Shown here piece after piece: positions 24,966 to 38,300 of a stretch of DNA of 64,000 nucleotides (positions are counted from its first letter, which is position 1; each line of letters starts with the position of its first letter). A program made the translations under genes and the position numbers. This stretch comes from Tubulanus polymorphus (lineage: Eukaryota; Animalia; Nemertea): the NCBI RefSeq assembly GCF_964204645.1, contig NC_134026.1:11307950-11371949 (forward strand), given 5' to 3'. The notes beneath the pieces are model-generated. The model did no database searches, had not been told where the DNA came from, and saw only the letters and a list, made by a program, of their open reading frames with translations.

Positions 24966-25590
24966 AAAATATGTATTTCATAGGTTGGTCTTTGGTTGAA
25001 AACTAAAAATGGATGATAGTTCTAATTTTGATGTTGATTCACATGACCAATCTAGTAAGTATGGCTCACTCGTCTTTTAGAATAAGAGACCTATTGCATT
25101 AATCCTTCAATTCAAGTTGCTATACAACCTTTTATACAGATATTAACCTTATCCATATAAACATTTTTTTGCCATTAGCCATAAAATTCAGTAAAACTTT
25201 TCCCGTCCAGATTTTGAAACATCATTTGACTCAATTTTTCCTCCTAGAAAATTGCTTTAGCTCATTCCAATGTTCGCAGTAAAAGTGAATTGTAGCATGT
25301 ATGATTCCCATCCATCAATGTTGTCTTGTTTCGTATTTTCAGCGAAAATCATCTCGAAAAAGTCTGACGTCGAGGCAGATGGGGGCCAGAAAAAGAAATA
25401 TTCTTGGGAAATATTTAAAGACGCATGGCAAACACACTTATTGTTCACTTTTTTCCTATCCTTATTTTGAAATTGAAGTATTGTAACAAACTATTGATTT
25501 ATTTCTGTTGATCAACGGAACTAGTTTTGTTGTTTTCTTTCTTAATTTACATTTGATTTGGATGGTCATCTTGCGTAGGAGTCAGTTTGT

Positions 25591-26261
25591 CATCGAAGCA
25601 ATACAGTCTAACTTGTTGACGTCTCAGATGCAGCGGGGCACGGCGGTCATTATATTGTGGACTTATCCAAATTACACTTACACAGCCCAACGTGTTTCAG
25701 TGTGTAAACTCTGTCGTACTGGGCATTATAAGACAGTGAGGAATTGAGTTTTAGCCACCTGAGCCCTCGGCTTGATTCGAGCAGAAAGACCTTAACTGAC
25801 TTCACAGAATTTGATTATGAGTCAAGGATTTTCTAAATTTCTGAATGCTTTCTCTGGTTTTTAAGATCAATTCAAATTCAATCTTCAATACATAAAAATT
25901 AGTCAAATAAATTTCTATTTTATTGAAAGAAATTCTACTGAAGACATATTTTGAAATGAAGGATATATCCAGGCAAATAATTACAGCAAAATCAACTGAT
26001 GATCATCAAGGTGAAGTTTGCATTCATCGTCGGCTAATTTGTCTACCCCTGATGATTGAAGCATTTTGGTTACTCGCGCCAATTAGTCAGCCACAGTCGA
26101 TTTTCATGCCATCTGACCTCTTTCCATCTATAATTTAGCAATCAAATGTAAGAATTACTTAGTTAAGGAGCGAAATAATATATAGATATCTTAGGAGACT
26201 AATTTAAATCATGAGTTTGTTTTGAAAATCTATTACTACAGTCTCGTAGAGCATAGACACC
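25591..26261 (+). repeat. Unclassified dispersed repeat, copy 2
   Basis: See 15424-16145. Confidence 0.8.
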
Positions 26262-26459
26262 AAGCCACGTGGCATTGGCATTTTAAGGGCTATTCAGTTT
26301 ACTCCAAAACAAGTCGATGATTAACATTAAAAAAAGCTTCATATCAAGGGTATGTCCATGAATTATCATCCCATAAGCCTAATAACAATGAATCCAATTC
26401 TGCATGTACGTTAGCACGACTGATTACTAATCCAAATATTGCATTACAAATTTTGCATT

Positions 26460-26617
26460 TTCGTTTTAACGTGGCAATAAAACGAAAAAGTTCTTTTATC
26501 GTGCGATAAAACGACTTTTTCTCGTTTTATTGCGCAATAAAACGACTTTTAGACGTCTGTAAAAAAAATTTGCGCCATTTGTGATTTTTTTTTACATGGC
26601 CCGAATCAGCCACCATA
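26460..26617. repeat. Palindromic subrepeats (CGTTTTATTGCGCAATAAAACG), probably a DNA-transposon end that truncates Polinton A
   Basis: Three ~30-bp units; Polinton homology stops abruptly at ~26618. Confidence 0.5.
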
Positions 26618-26619
26618 GA

Positions 26620-26853
26620 TTTCATTGTATCTAATTCATTATAAGTTAAATTTTTACCAATAAAAGTTTAACATTTCCCAAACGCAATTAATATTTCTAA
26701 TTGATGTTTGCAATAAAGATAATATTCATAATTATTATTTGCTGTAATATCATTTGAAGCACCATTATCTGGAGTTGATTTTGTTTCTGTTATACCTAAA
26801 TCATCCACACTTTTTTCAATTGGAACATCACTATTTTTAGATTTTATATTCAT
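26620..26853 (-). pseudogene. Copy A homolog of the 200-aa ORF at 47718 (truncated)
   Basis: IEKSVDDLGI...YEYYLYCKHQLEILIAFGKC. Confidence 0.75.
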
Positions 26854-26889
26854 TTCACCACCCTTTTATATAAAAGAAAAATTAGTTCT

Positions 26890-27165
26890 GTTGATGCAAC
26901 TAGAATTTAACTAGAATCTAACTAAAGATATTTTAGATTAACAAGCTAGTTGAAATATGATAATTTTCATATATTTCTTATCAAATTTTATTTTAATTAT
27001 GTTTCAACTACCAACAACTAAAATTTAACTAGAATGTAACTGAAAATATACTAGATTAACAAGCTAGATGAATTAATTTTTCATTTATTTCTTGTTGCAA
27101 CTACCAACAACAAAAATATAACTAGAATGTAACTGAAGATATAATAGATTAACAAGCTAGTTGAG
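26890..27165. repeat. Three ~100-bp direct repeats upstream of the 200-aa-family gene
   Basis: aactagaat(g/c)taact(g/a)aa(g/a)atat...tagattaacaagctag three times. Confidence 0.7.
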
Positions 27166-27169
27166 TTTA

Positions 27170-27767
27170 AACAAATTCATATTCAAATGGGTGTTGTAAT
27201 CGAAATAATAATTTTGATCATTTAATAATTCATCCATATATTCATTATGTAAGTCATGTGGAATAATATCATTTTCCTTAGCCGCATTTTCATTGATTTA
27301 CTATCTTAGTTATAGAATAAAACTAAAAATCTTATGTTCTCTCTAAAATCTTTTACAATAGAATTATATTTTTGATTTAGAACCCACGTTGTAATGCCAA
27401 AATGTCTACCAGAGAAAGCTAGGTAACATAATAAACTTTCTCTAACTTTTGAATCATGTAAATTGGCACAATTATCTATAATAAATAATGTATTAGAACA
27501 TTTATAAATATCAATTGTTATTTTAATACAATTATCTAAATTTTCTATCACTGTTTTAGGGTATATTACAATAAATTTATTATTTCCGGTAATAGTTCTA
27601 TCATAAGTTTGATTGAATTCATATGTTGGACAGAATAATACTATATTAACAAAATAGTTTTTATGAACAGTTTCTAAGAAATTTGATAAAAAATAAGTTT
27701 TTCCACAATTCGTTACACCAGAAATTAACATATAATGAGGTTCAAATATAAATAATTCTTTATTCAT
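27170..27767 (-). pseudogene. Copy A A32/FtsK-like packaging ATPase
   Basis: Walker A GVTNCGKT, Walker B FIIDN, SGRHFGITTWVLNQKY. Confidence 0.85.
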
Positions 27768-27772
27768 TTATA

Positions 27773-28450
27773 TATTTCTTAATTTTAATTGATAGTATCC
27801 ATTCATCAAATTTATCCGGCCACCCAACCCATTTTACTAAAGAATAGTTTTTTTCTATTAACAGTTTTTGTTTCTAATACTCTTTCAATTTTATATTCTT
27901 GTTCTAGATTTTGAGTTGTTAAAATTAATTCTACTTCATAAAAATACCCATCAACTTCTTCACCATCCAAATCGTCTAATTTATAGACATAGGGTTTTGT
28001 TGTGAATATTTTCTTTATTTTATATATTTCTCCTGTAAAGTTACGATCGTATCCTTTATCAAATATGTAATACTTAGATATTTTAACATTTTGGCCAACC
28101 TTAAATTGAGGCTCACCAAAATCATCTACAAGAAATGCTCCGTATAAATTATTCCAAAAAATTTCAACGCTTTCAGCATCAATAAGTTTTCTAGCATCAA
28201 TAGGTTTCATTCCAATAGATGAATGGGAAGAATTATCATAACCTATTAATTTCGGTAAAATATCAACCGATTTATAGTATTATTTGCTGTGAAATATTTT
28301 GACATTCTTTTTCTGAATGTTCTATTCAATCGTTCAACAACTGCTGCTTTCTTATCTGATATTGTTGAAAAATATTTAACATTACGATAATCTAAGAGTC
28401 CATGAACAAATAAATTATCAAATTGTTTTCCATCATCAAATTGTATTTTT
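27773..28450 (-). pseudogene. Copy A rve integrase C-terminal half with chromodomain
   Basis: QFDDGKQF, AAVVERLNRT, FKVGQNVKISK, GYFYEVEL, YKIERVL. Confidence 0.85.
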
Positions 28451-28479
28451 TTTCTAGTTTTAGTGTGCCACCTGAAAGA

Positions 28480-29665
28480 AATTTTCTTTTAATTTTCAAA
28501 AATTTTCTCTTTTAACATTAAAATTATTAGTTTCAGCAACATAAATATTTATACATTCAAACATTCACTTCATTTCTATAAGTAATATTCTTATTAAAAT
28601 CTATTGCATATATATATCATATTTAATTAATCTATTATATTGGAAAGCTTTTAGAAAACTATCTACCATTTATATAATAAGAAAATTAATAATTAATTAA
28701 TTCTTTTAATAATTCATCTTGTTCTTCAATTGTAATATTACTATTTAAACTAATTATATATTAGATTTAATTTTTTCTTTATTACTTTTTATATTCACTT
28801 TGAGCTTATGCCAGTTAATACACTTGAACTTAAACCTAGAACGCCAATTGATATAGCAAAAGGTGTTAATGGTGCTAAAATATTGCTAAAATGTTATTAC
28901 AGAACTAATCGTAACTGAACCACTAATAATAAAATAACATATAATTTTACTATTTGAATATTTTTTCTTTTTAACTTTTGAACTATTTTCAAATTCTAAT
29001 AGTTGTTTTTCTAAATGTATTTTTAATTTTGTTTTATTTATATCATGAGGAATAATTTTAACACCATAAATTTTATCTTCCATTTATTAGAAAAAAATGA
29101 AACATAATTAATTTGTAAATTTATACGCTACAAAAATAACAACAACTGTTCCACCTAAAATCCAAATTATTTCATATTTTTGTTGTTCATTACTTGGTGT
29201 ATAAGTATTTGATAATTTAGGTGTGTACAAATGTAATTTTCACGATTTGTTACTGAGTTATTTAAACTTATAGCTTCATCGACAGATTGGAAATCTCGGT
29301 GTGAAAATTTCCGATTATATAATTCTTTGTTTACATTATCTATATAACTTTGTCTTTTTTCTCTTTATTCTTCATTAACTTTATAATATTTTTCTATTGC
29401 TAAATTATGTCTTTTTAACTCGGTTAATGAACCATCATTATCAATATGTTTAAATAAATATCCCCACCCGCGAAAGCTAAAGCGTTAACAATCGCTGTCC
29501 CTATAACAGAATTGCAGTCGGCATTTATTAGTAAAAAATTACACGTTATAAAATTGTCGTTTTGAAATGTAATATTTTTAATATTACATCATTAATATTA
29601 AATTTCATTTCTTGTTCACGTTTAAAACCAAAACAAGAACATATGCTCCGGCCAACAGTTATATT
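28480..29665 (-). pseudogene. Copy A cluster of small (mostly TM) gene remnants
   Basis: Homologs of the ORFs at 40579, 41181, 41849 and the start of 42291. Confidence 0.75.
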
Positions 29666-29956
29666 CATATTTATATAACAAAAAAACTCTTTACATCTTA
29701 TTGATAATTCACAACTTACAGGAAAATTATTCAAATCAATTAAATATCCATTATGATTTCTAGCATTTAATCTAAAATTATTAAACTGTTGAATACATGG
29801 TTTTAAATCAGATACGGCTAACTTATAATTTATTTGTGTTCCAAACTCTTTAACATTCTTCAATGATAAAATATTCAATAAACTAGAATTACATGTTGTA
29901 TCTTTAATTGCTTCAGATGTTTTTGTAGGATCAATTAAATTACAATGAATATAATA

Positions 29957-32520
29957 AAAGACCAATGGTCTTGTAGCTCACCTGACCATTAACTCATAGG
30001 CAGTTTAAAGACTAGTTATATCCCATGTCCAAAATGGATTACACGCTGGTCTTATTGCAAGGGCCGGGGCATGATGGGAAGAGGAAAATCGATATACACA
30101 TTGCCTTTCAAACCTTCAAAGGGGCGATCAAAATCAAACGGCAACTCTTGTTTTAATAACCATATTTATTTTCAGATAATAATATTCGCATCAAAAGATA
30201 GGATAGGAGCTAGGCCTAATCATATCAGAAGTTTTGTCTTAGAATATTGCTTGAAACGTGTTTTTTGAAAAAATCTATAATTCCTGATTCAGTGAGTCGA
30301 GGTGGTGACTCATTCTTGGGGTACCGGTATCTGTAAAACAATGCGTAAGATCAATAGAAATAAAGTGAAAATTAAATTGCTTTGAATTGAATTGCAATCA
30401 CAGTATAATACTAGATAAGAGGATTGATATCCTGTCCGTCGGTCCCGTACTAACATCTTGCTGTAGTAGACATTTTCGGGGCACTAAGGACCAATGACAA
30501 TCATTATTCATAGAATATCTTACCTTCATTGACCAGAAATAGCGTGTAAATACACGAGTGAATAAACCAGGAAATGTGGTAGTGTGCGGTGTCTAGTGTA
30601 CGGAGACGCATCGGGGCATTCACAAATATAATCAAAGAAACCGAAACTTTGATCAGTTGAAACAACTAGGGGTCCAGGGACACCATGCCCACTTGGGAAG
30701 TGGTTCCAAATGCTCAACAATCTAACAATTTCAATATTCAACGCCCCCTGGTGGCCATATACAAAAACCAATGGCCTTGAAACTCACCACTATCATAGAA
30801 CATGTCAGCAGCTACAATTTTGTAATTGATTGTGATAACAAAATATGCCTCATTACAAATTTAAAATGGAAATACTAAGTTATTCTACTATTCAACGCCC
30901 CCTGGTGACCATATTCAAAACCCAATGACCTCGAAACTCACCACAATCATAGAACATGTCACGAACTATAACTTTGTAATTGATCATGGTAACAAAATAT
31001 ACCTAGGTACCAATATAATAAGGAAATACTAAATTATTCTACAATTCAACGCCCCCTGGTGACCATATAGAATAACTAATGGCCTTAAAACTTGCCACAA
31101 TCATAGATGATGTCATGAGCTACAACTTTGCAATTGATTGTGGACAAAATATGCATTGATACGAATATAATATAGAAATACTAAGATATTGTATCATCCA
31201 ACGCCCCCTGGTGGCCATATACAAAAACGAATGACCTTGAAACTCTTCACAATCATAGAACACGTTATGAGCTACAAGTTTCTTACCGATTGTGGTAACA
31301 AAATACGCTTAGGTATCAATATAATGTGGAAAAAGATTTTCCCACCTACGAATGAGTACTGATAACACCAAGATGGCCGCCAATTGCATCATAATTGGCT
31401 GATCAAAAATACCTGTCTCAGGTATAAAACATCCCTTTTCAAAGAATACCCATCACAAATTGCAATGAGAAATGGCAAACCAGAAGGGAGCTACAGGACC
31501 AGAATTCAGGCCAAAATTGACATTTGTGGGCACTAAAAAAGGTCATAGGACGGTCATCTTGAGTCCGATCGACCCAATTTTCGTGATGCTGATGGGCCCT
31601 GGGGGGATTCACATATATCCGAAAGATCAAGGTAATTGATCAAAGCGTCTTCAAAATTTCCCTCAAAAAGTTCAAAAGTGTTGATTTTGGCGAACAACAA
31701 TGGCTGCCAGTCGGCCATCTTGATTCTGACAGGGCCAGTTTTTGGGCTGAAGATGTGCCTAGGGTAGATAGATACATGTTTAACCCAAATATCAAGACAT
31801 TACATTGAAGCGTCTTCAAAACTTTCCCAAAATAACTGTATCCCGTCTACGGACGGACGACGGACGAAAAGTGAACGCAATAGCCCGCTGGGACTTAAGT
31901 CCCAAGTGGGCTAAAAAGTCAACATTGCGACTAAAATATCATGAAATAAAATTTAACCTCGATCTCGATTGATTCGAATTAAAAATAACAATCCACCATT
32001 CGGCGAATTCTGTCCACATTTGAATTTCAAAAATGTTCCTAATAGGCTACCATATTTCTTGGATCTATCCAAGAAACGATAGTTCATAGGTCGAGCCACG
32101 TTATTAGAGAGTTAGGCGAGTCAGACCCCTGCGTTTAGGCCGGCCTGGAAGTAAATCTAGACGTTTACCAGCTAAAATTATGTGAAAATGTTTGAACAAC
32201 ACCCAAAACTTTATAGTACTAGCAGTCCGGGTCTATTATGATTTCAAAGAAACGCATGTATACAAAAATAACGGCAATTTGCTTCGATTTTGGTATATTT
32301 TCGATTATTCCACATAAACACGAGTTCAGAATTCTATAAAATTTTCAGATTGTAAAATAGATACTATATGACACCTCCGATAAAAAATCAGATCTCAGGA
32401 CCATCTAGATAAAAAGTGTGCCACCCATTTTACTGAAATTTTTCGCATAGGCAAATGCATTGGAAGCATGACGTCATCAGCTAGTGATAGCAAAAGCGAA
32501 CCATAGGTTCATCTTTTGCA
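29957..32520. mobile_element. Composite host-repeat insertion with Helentron-like hairpin ends, containing a nested HINE
   Basis: Higher-GC block; ends aagaccaatggtctt-gtagctcacctga and gcaaaagcgaaccataggttcatcttttgc. Confidence 0.55.
30661..31917 (-). mobile_element. Complete HINE/DINE-1-like non-autonomous Helentron with ~154-bp internal tandem array (about 4 units)
   Basis: Subterminal IRs gcccacttggg / cccaagtgggc, terminal hairpin tagcccgctgggacttaagtcccaagtgggcta, (GGAC)n microsatellite, A-run flanks; acgccccctgg at 30741, 30895, 31049, 31201. Confidence 0.85.
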
Positions 32521-32942
32521 TCATTAGTTAATCTTTATTTTATGAGAACTATCTCTTTTTCAAAAAATCTTATGTTAAATGCGGAATCACTACCTTATTT
32601 GTGCCATGCATTCTATTTATTTCCTGTGATAATGTAACTAAATTATACAACCCTGGTTTTAGATATAGATGAAACCGTTTTTTTGTATCCTGAATCATTA
32701 ACAATCTATGTTTAATAGTTTTATCCGATAGATTATAAAAAGAATAACATAAACTAATATTTACTAATTTTAAATCTACACAATTTCTAAATTCTCTATC
32801 TAGTTGTATAAATGAATTATGTGATTTATAATTCATAAGTCTTCTATAATCAACTTAAATTCTATATTATTTTAATTATATCATTTATTATTTTAAAAAA
32901 TTACCCCACAAAAATAATTTGAATAAAATTTATCCAAAATAA

Positions 32943-34364
32943 ATGGACGAGAAGATACAATGTGAAATTTGTGTTGAACTACATAGAAAACGTAATATGG
33001 CTAGGCATATGAAAAAACATGATAAAAATAAAAAAATAAAAATAGAAATAAAAATTAAAAAAAAAACCCCTAAAATAAACTGCCCAAATTGTAATAAAAT
33101 AATCTCAAGAAAATATTTTTAAAAACATTCAGGGAAATGTAAAATTAATAGTCGTTAATGTTGATAGTAACGAAAGTAATAATAATTCTGTTGAAGTTGA
33201 ACCTGAATTCATTTGGAAAGGACCTTTTCTATTTTATGACAAGAATAATATAAAGAATCATTTCTGTGAGCACTGTCGAATAAAATTTTGCCCTGAAAAT
33301 ATAGATGATTGGGAGAATCATGAATTTAATGATACACATATAAATAAAATTTCTAATAAATTTGAGCAGTATTCAATGAAAAAAAAAATATTTATTTGAA
33401 AAAAATAAAGTATGAGAAAACGTTATTAGATAATAAAGAAACACTTGAAAAGTTAGAAAAACACATTATTGTAAACATTGTACATTGATTATTACAACAA
33501 GTCATTCAAATCTACATGATAAAACAATAAAAATAAAGAAAACGTAAGTAAATACCACGAACTTAATGTACATCTATTGCCAAGGTATGATAGAAAAAAA
33601 TGTCCACAATGCATTCAAGAGCATTTTATACAAGAAGATTCTATGATATTTTGTATGTGGTTATCAAAAAAATTCATGGGGTGATGAAAAAACTAGATAT
33701 TTTCTTATAGAACCAAAATTAAAACATCTAAATGAAATTTTTTTTAAATATTTTCTATAGAAGATCATACTCCAGAATATAAGCAATGGCTTAAAAAATG
33801 GAAAATAATAGATAATAAAAATGGTGAAATAACTATGAAAGATATAATAAAAACATTTATCCCATCAACATGTAACACAAAAGAAAAGAAAATGTATTCA
33901 TATCTATTATTTAACGATTATTATAAAAAAACCTAAATTAACAAAAGAAGAAATGGAAAATATAAAAGAAACATTCACAAAATTATCTATTTTTTGTATT
34001 GATAATAAAATAACGGATTCAATTAATTATGAATTCTTTTTAGATAAGATTGTAGATTTATTAAATATCGATATCATTATTCCATATGATAAAATAACAA
34101 ACAAAAAGAAACAATTTGAAGGAGATGAAATGCAGAACAATATAGAACTTTTTTAAAATGAAAAAAAATGAAGTAGAACAACCTAAAGAAATTATAGAAA
34201 ACAATTAGATGAAAATTTTGATGAAAATGAAGAACACCTAATGAATGAAATTTATGAATATTTAATTGAAAGTGTTAATCATCAATATGAAATATAAATA
34301 TAAAACTTTTAGAAGATAATGAAGCCAATAGTGATTTCGAGTATGATGATATTGATCCATTTTA
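32943..34364 (+). pseudogene. Copy A accessory zinc-finger gene(s), fragmented
   Basis: TAAATG start; CEIC...HMKKH, CPNC...KH, CEHC...H motifs; acidic C-terminus like ORF 62487. Confidence 0.6.
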
Positions 34365-34369
34365 ATAAT

Positions 34370-34755
34370 ATAAATGATTGATAACCATAAGGTAATGTGT
34401 CACCCTGAAATATATCTTTTATCATCAAATGGATTTAAGCAACTTCATTAATGTACATATTGTGATTGATCTTAATTCATTTTATGTTTCATTACTATTG
34501 AGTTATATAAACACTGTATATAATCTTAAAATTATATATGTTTATCAACCACATGCTTTGTTATTCGTTTTAACTTTTTAGCTTCATGATCATTAGTTCT
34601 ATAACTATACATTTTACTTCTTATCCCAACAAATTCAATCATTCCATCACCTCCTAGTTCATCTTTAAATTTACCGGGCTGCTTTTTATTTTCGTTACTA
34701 AATAATTCATGATCTTTAGGATAATTGCTAAAGTCACAATGATGCTTTAAATCTT
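34370..34755 (-). pseudogene. Copy A polB C-terminus, cut by insertion of copy B
   Basis: DFSNYPKDHELFSNENKKQPGKFKDELGG...GIRSKMYSY...LNPFDDK. Confidence 0.85.
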
Positions 34756-35119
34756 AGTAATAGGAGTTTAGTTGTTCCAGATCAAAGGTCGAACGGTTGA
34801 GCTCATTAAAAACAAACTATTAAAAGTAATTTAAAACTATAATATATTTTCATAGCCGTGTGTATTTTATATTATAACTAAATATTTATTCTAAGATATT
34901 AATAATTTAAATTTTATAAGCTCCGCGACCAATTGATTTATTTACAATACACAAATTCATATAATCAAATATATTCAAATAATAATAATTATTCTATTAT
35001 TTAACTAAAATACACACGGCTATGAAAATATATTATAGTTTTAAATTACTTTTAATATTTTGTTTTTAATGAGCTCGACCATTCAACCTTTAACCTAGAA
35101 CAACTAAACCCCTATTACT
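34756..35119. repeat. Terminal palindrome of copy B (centre partly deleted)
   Basis: agtaataggagtttagttgttc ... gaacaactaaacccctattact; ~110-bp arms. Confidence 0.9.
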
Positions 35120-35392
35120 CTTAAAATATTTATATACATGAATAAAATATATAAGAATAACATATAAATTGATAGATTATTCAATATAAAAGTGTTAGTA
35201 AAAAAGTAACGAGTAATTAACGAGCTCTTATAGAATTGATAGATAGATATATTTTAAACATTATTTCAATATTCATAATTGTATGAGTTAGATTTTTAAA
35301 CATTAAAAGTGTTAGTAAAGTGTGATTGAAATAATTCATATTTAAATCATTGAACTTCTAAAATCAATTTTAAAAAAAAATTTAGTATTAAA

Positions 35393-38300
35393 ATGGAAGC
35401 AAATAAGTACTACTGTCCAACATGTAATATCAATATAGATAAATCCCAAAAAGCAAGACACAATAAAACTAAAACACATTTAGAGAATAAATTGAAATTA
35501 GAATATGAAGATGATATATTAGAAACTAAATTAGATGAATTAAAGAATGAAAAAGAAACATATAAATGTGATACCTGTAATCAATCATTCAGTGATAAAA
35601 GATATTATAAAGAACATTTAAATCTAAAAGTCATATTGGAAATATGAATAATGATATTTTAGGTGAAGATTATTTTGATAATGACAATGATAAGAAACAT
35701 AAGGCAATTAAAAGAATAAGAAATAAATTAAACAATAAAAGACCATACATGGAAGATGTAAGAAATTATATTAATTCATTAGATAATAAAAAAGATATAG
35801 AGATAACCGAAGCATTTAAAAGTGATATTGGCCCATCAGCTATTGAGTTTAAATTTCATAAAGGAAAAACATTAGAAGAAAATAAAAAACATTTAGAAAA
35901 TATTAAAAATATTATAAAAATAATTACAGATGTTGAATACCCTAAAATTAGTATATCTTCTAAAGTAAAGTTTATAAAATCTGAAGATAAACCAATATAT
36001 ACTATAAATTCTCATTCACAACATATTATATCTAAACAACATATAGATGATAAATTAGATAAATGTTATAATGAAGTAAAAACTAAAATAGAAGAGAAAT
36101 ATTTTGAAGGATCAGGTTTAATATTTGATGAAATAATATTTATGACTTTACATGTTTATAACACTAAATATAATAAGTTAACTAAATCAAAACCAATTGA
36201 TGAAAATAATGTATCATATTATAAAGAACCAGATATTGAAGCATGGAGTTATATTAAAATACCATTTAAAACTAATGCTGTAATAAATGTACAAAATTTT
36301 GATGATAAATGTTTTCTATGGGCTATAATTAGTTGCTTACATCCTGCAACTGATAATATTTGTAGATAAACTCATTATAAACCATTTGAAAATAATTATA
36401 AGATAGATAAGTATCCTGTCAGAATTAGAAACATCCCAAAAATAGAAAGAGATAATAATATAAAGATAAATGTGTTTGATTTACTCAAATTACCAAAAAC
36501 AAAAGGTAACAATATAAAACATTATACATTAGAACCTTTATATCTATCAAAAGATTATGATTCAAACGATGTTATAGATATATTATATTATGAGAATCAT
36601 TATATGTGGATTAAAAGAATTGATTTATTTTTTAAATCAGAAAATGATTTTGATAATAAAATATATCTATGTAGAAAATGTTTACATAAATTCAGAACTG
36701 AAAGTGCATTATTAAATCATAAACAATTATGTGAAAATCATGATTATTGTAAATTAGTTTTACCAAATGAAAAGGATAAAATATTAGAATTCAAAAAATA
36801 TGATTACAAAAATAAAGTACCATTTGCAATATATGGAGATTTTTAATCATTAAATAAGGAACTAACTGATCAAGATAGAAAAGAAATATATTATAAAAGA
36901 AAGAAATTAAATTCTAATGAAAATGATTTTTCATATGAACCACCAAAAACAAATACAATTAAAAAGATTCATCAATCAGCTGCAGCTTTCGGGTTATATA
37001 TAAAATCTGATTATCCAGAACTAATTGAAAGTGAATATTATGATTATAGAAATGAAAATGTTATCAATCATTTTTGTGACTTATTAATTGAATATGAAAT
37101 AGGATTTAGTAAATTATTGAATACAAACATAGAAATTATAATGACAGAAGAAGATAAAGAAGAATTTGTGTTCGCAGGCAAATGTTATTATTGTGAAAAG
37201 ATATTTAATTATAAAGATAAAAAAGTAAGAGACCATGATCATTTGAATGGAAAGTTTAGAGGTGCTGCGCATGAGAATTGTAACTTACAAGCTAAGAAAA
37301 TTAATTTTGTTCCAGTTATATTTCATAATCTATCAGGATATGATGCACATTTATTCATCAAACAGTTATGCCATAAAATAGAAGAAATCAATAATGAAAT
37401 AGAAAGATTAAATTCAAATAGATCAAAAGATAAAATGCCAACTTATAAATTTAAAATGTTAGCTAAAACATCTGAGAATTATATATCATTCCAATTTGGT
37501 TGCCTAAGATTTATAGATTCATATAGATTTTTTAATAGTTCATTAGATAACTTATCAAAATCATCAGTTGATGATGAATTAAAAATATTAAAACAACACT
37601 ACCCAAATAATGATGATTTTCAATTAATGAGATATAAAGGAGCAATTCCATATTCATTTTATAAATCACATGATGATTTCAATATAACTGAATTATTAAA
37701 AGAACAATTCTATGATGAATTAAAAAATGAATATGTTAAAGATGAAGTATATAATAGAACATTGAATATTTGGAATCATTTCAAAATAGAAAATCATGGA
37801 CAATTAGTAGATTTATATTTAAAATCAGATGTATTATTATTATCGGATATATTCGAAAGGTTTTGGAGATGTAAACCTAAAATATTCTAATATTGATCCA
37901 TGTCATTGTTATTCTAGTCCAGGCTTAACATGGGATTGTGGATTAAAATTTACAGATATAAAAATGGATTTGTTAACAAATATAGATCAATTATTATTTG
38001 AAAAATCTATAAGAGGAGGAGTCTCAGGTGTATTAGGCGATAGATATTTCAATGTAAATGATAACCCTGGATATAAGTTATTATATATAGATGCAAATAA
38101 TTTGTATGGTTGGGCAATGATGGAACCACAACCTTATGGAGTATTTGAAATAAGTGAAGTTTTACAACATGATAATAATGATAAATTTGATTGGAAGAAA
38201 AGAATCCTAGATATTGCAGATGATTCAGATACTGGTTACTTCTTTGTTGTAGACTTAGAATATCCTGAACATATTAAATTTAAATCTAGAAATCTAGCAT

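Larger units (their letters stand above)
29684..32885 (-). pseudogene. Copy A penton (minor capsid) split by a ~2.6-kb insertion
   Basis: N-half 32520-32885 (NYKSHNSFIQLDREF) and C-half 29684-29957 (YIHCNLIDP...LIDLNNFPV). Confidence 0.8.
26618..34755 (-). mobile_element. Polinton/Maverick copy A (old, decayed, truncated)
   Basis: Pseudogenes of polB C-terminus, penton, small TM genes, integrase and ATPase homologous to copies B and C. Confidence 0.85.

Noticed and set aside
30741-31330. Regularly spaced repeats as a CRISPR array
   Set aside because: Whole 154-bp units are similar, there are no unique spacers or cas genes, and the context is eukaryotic
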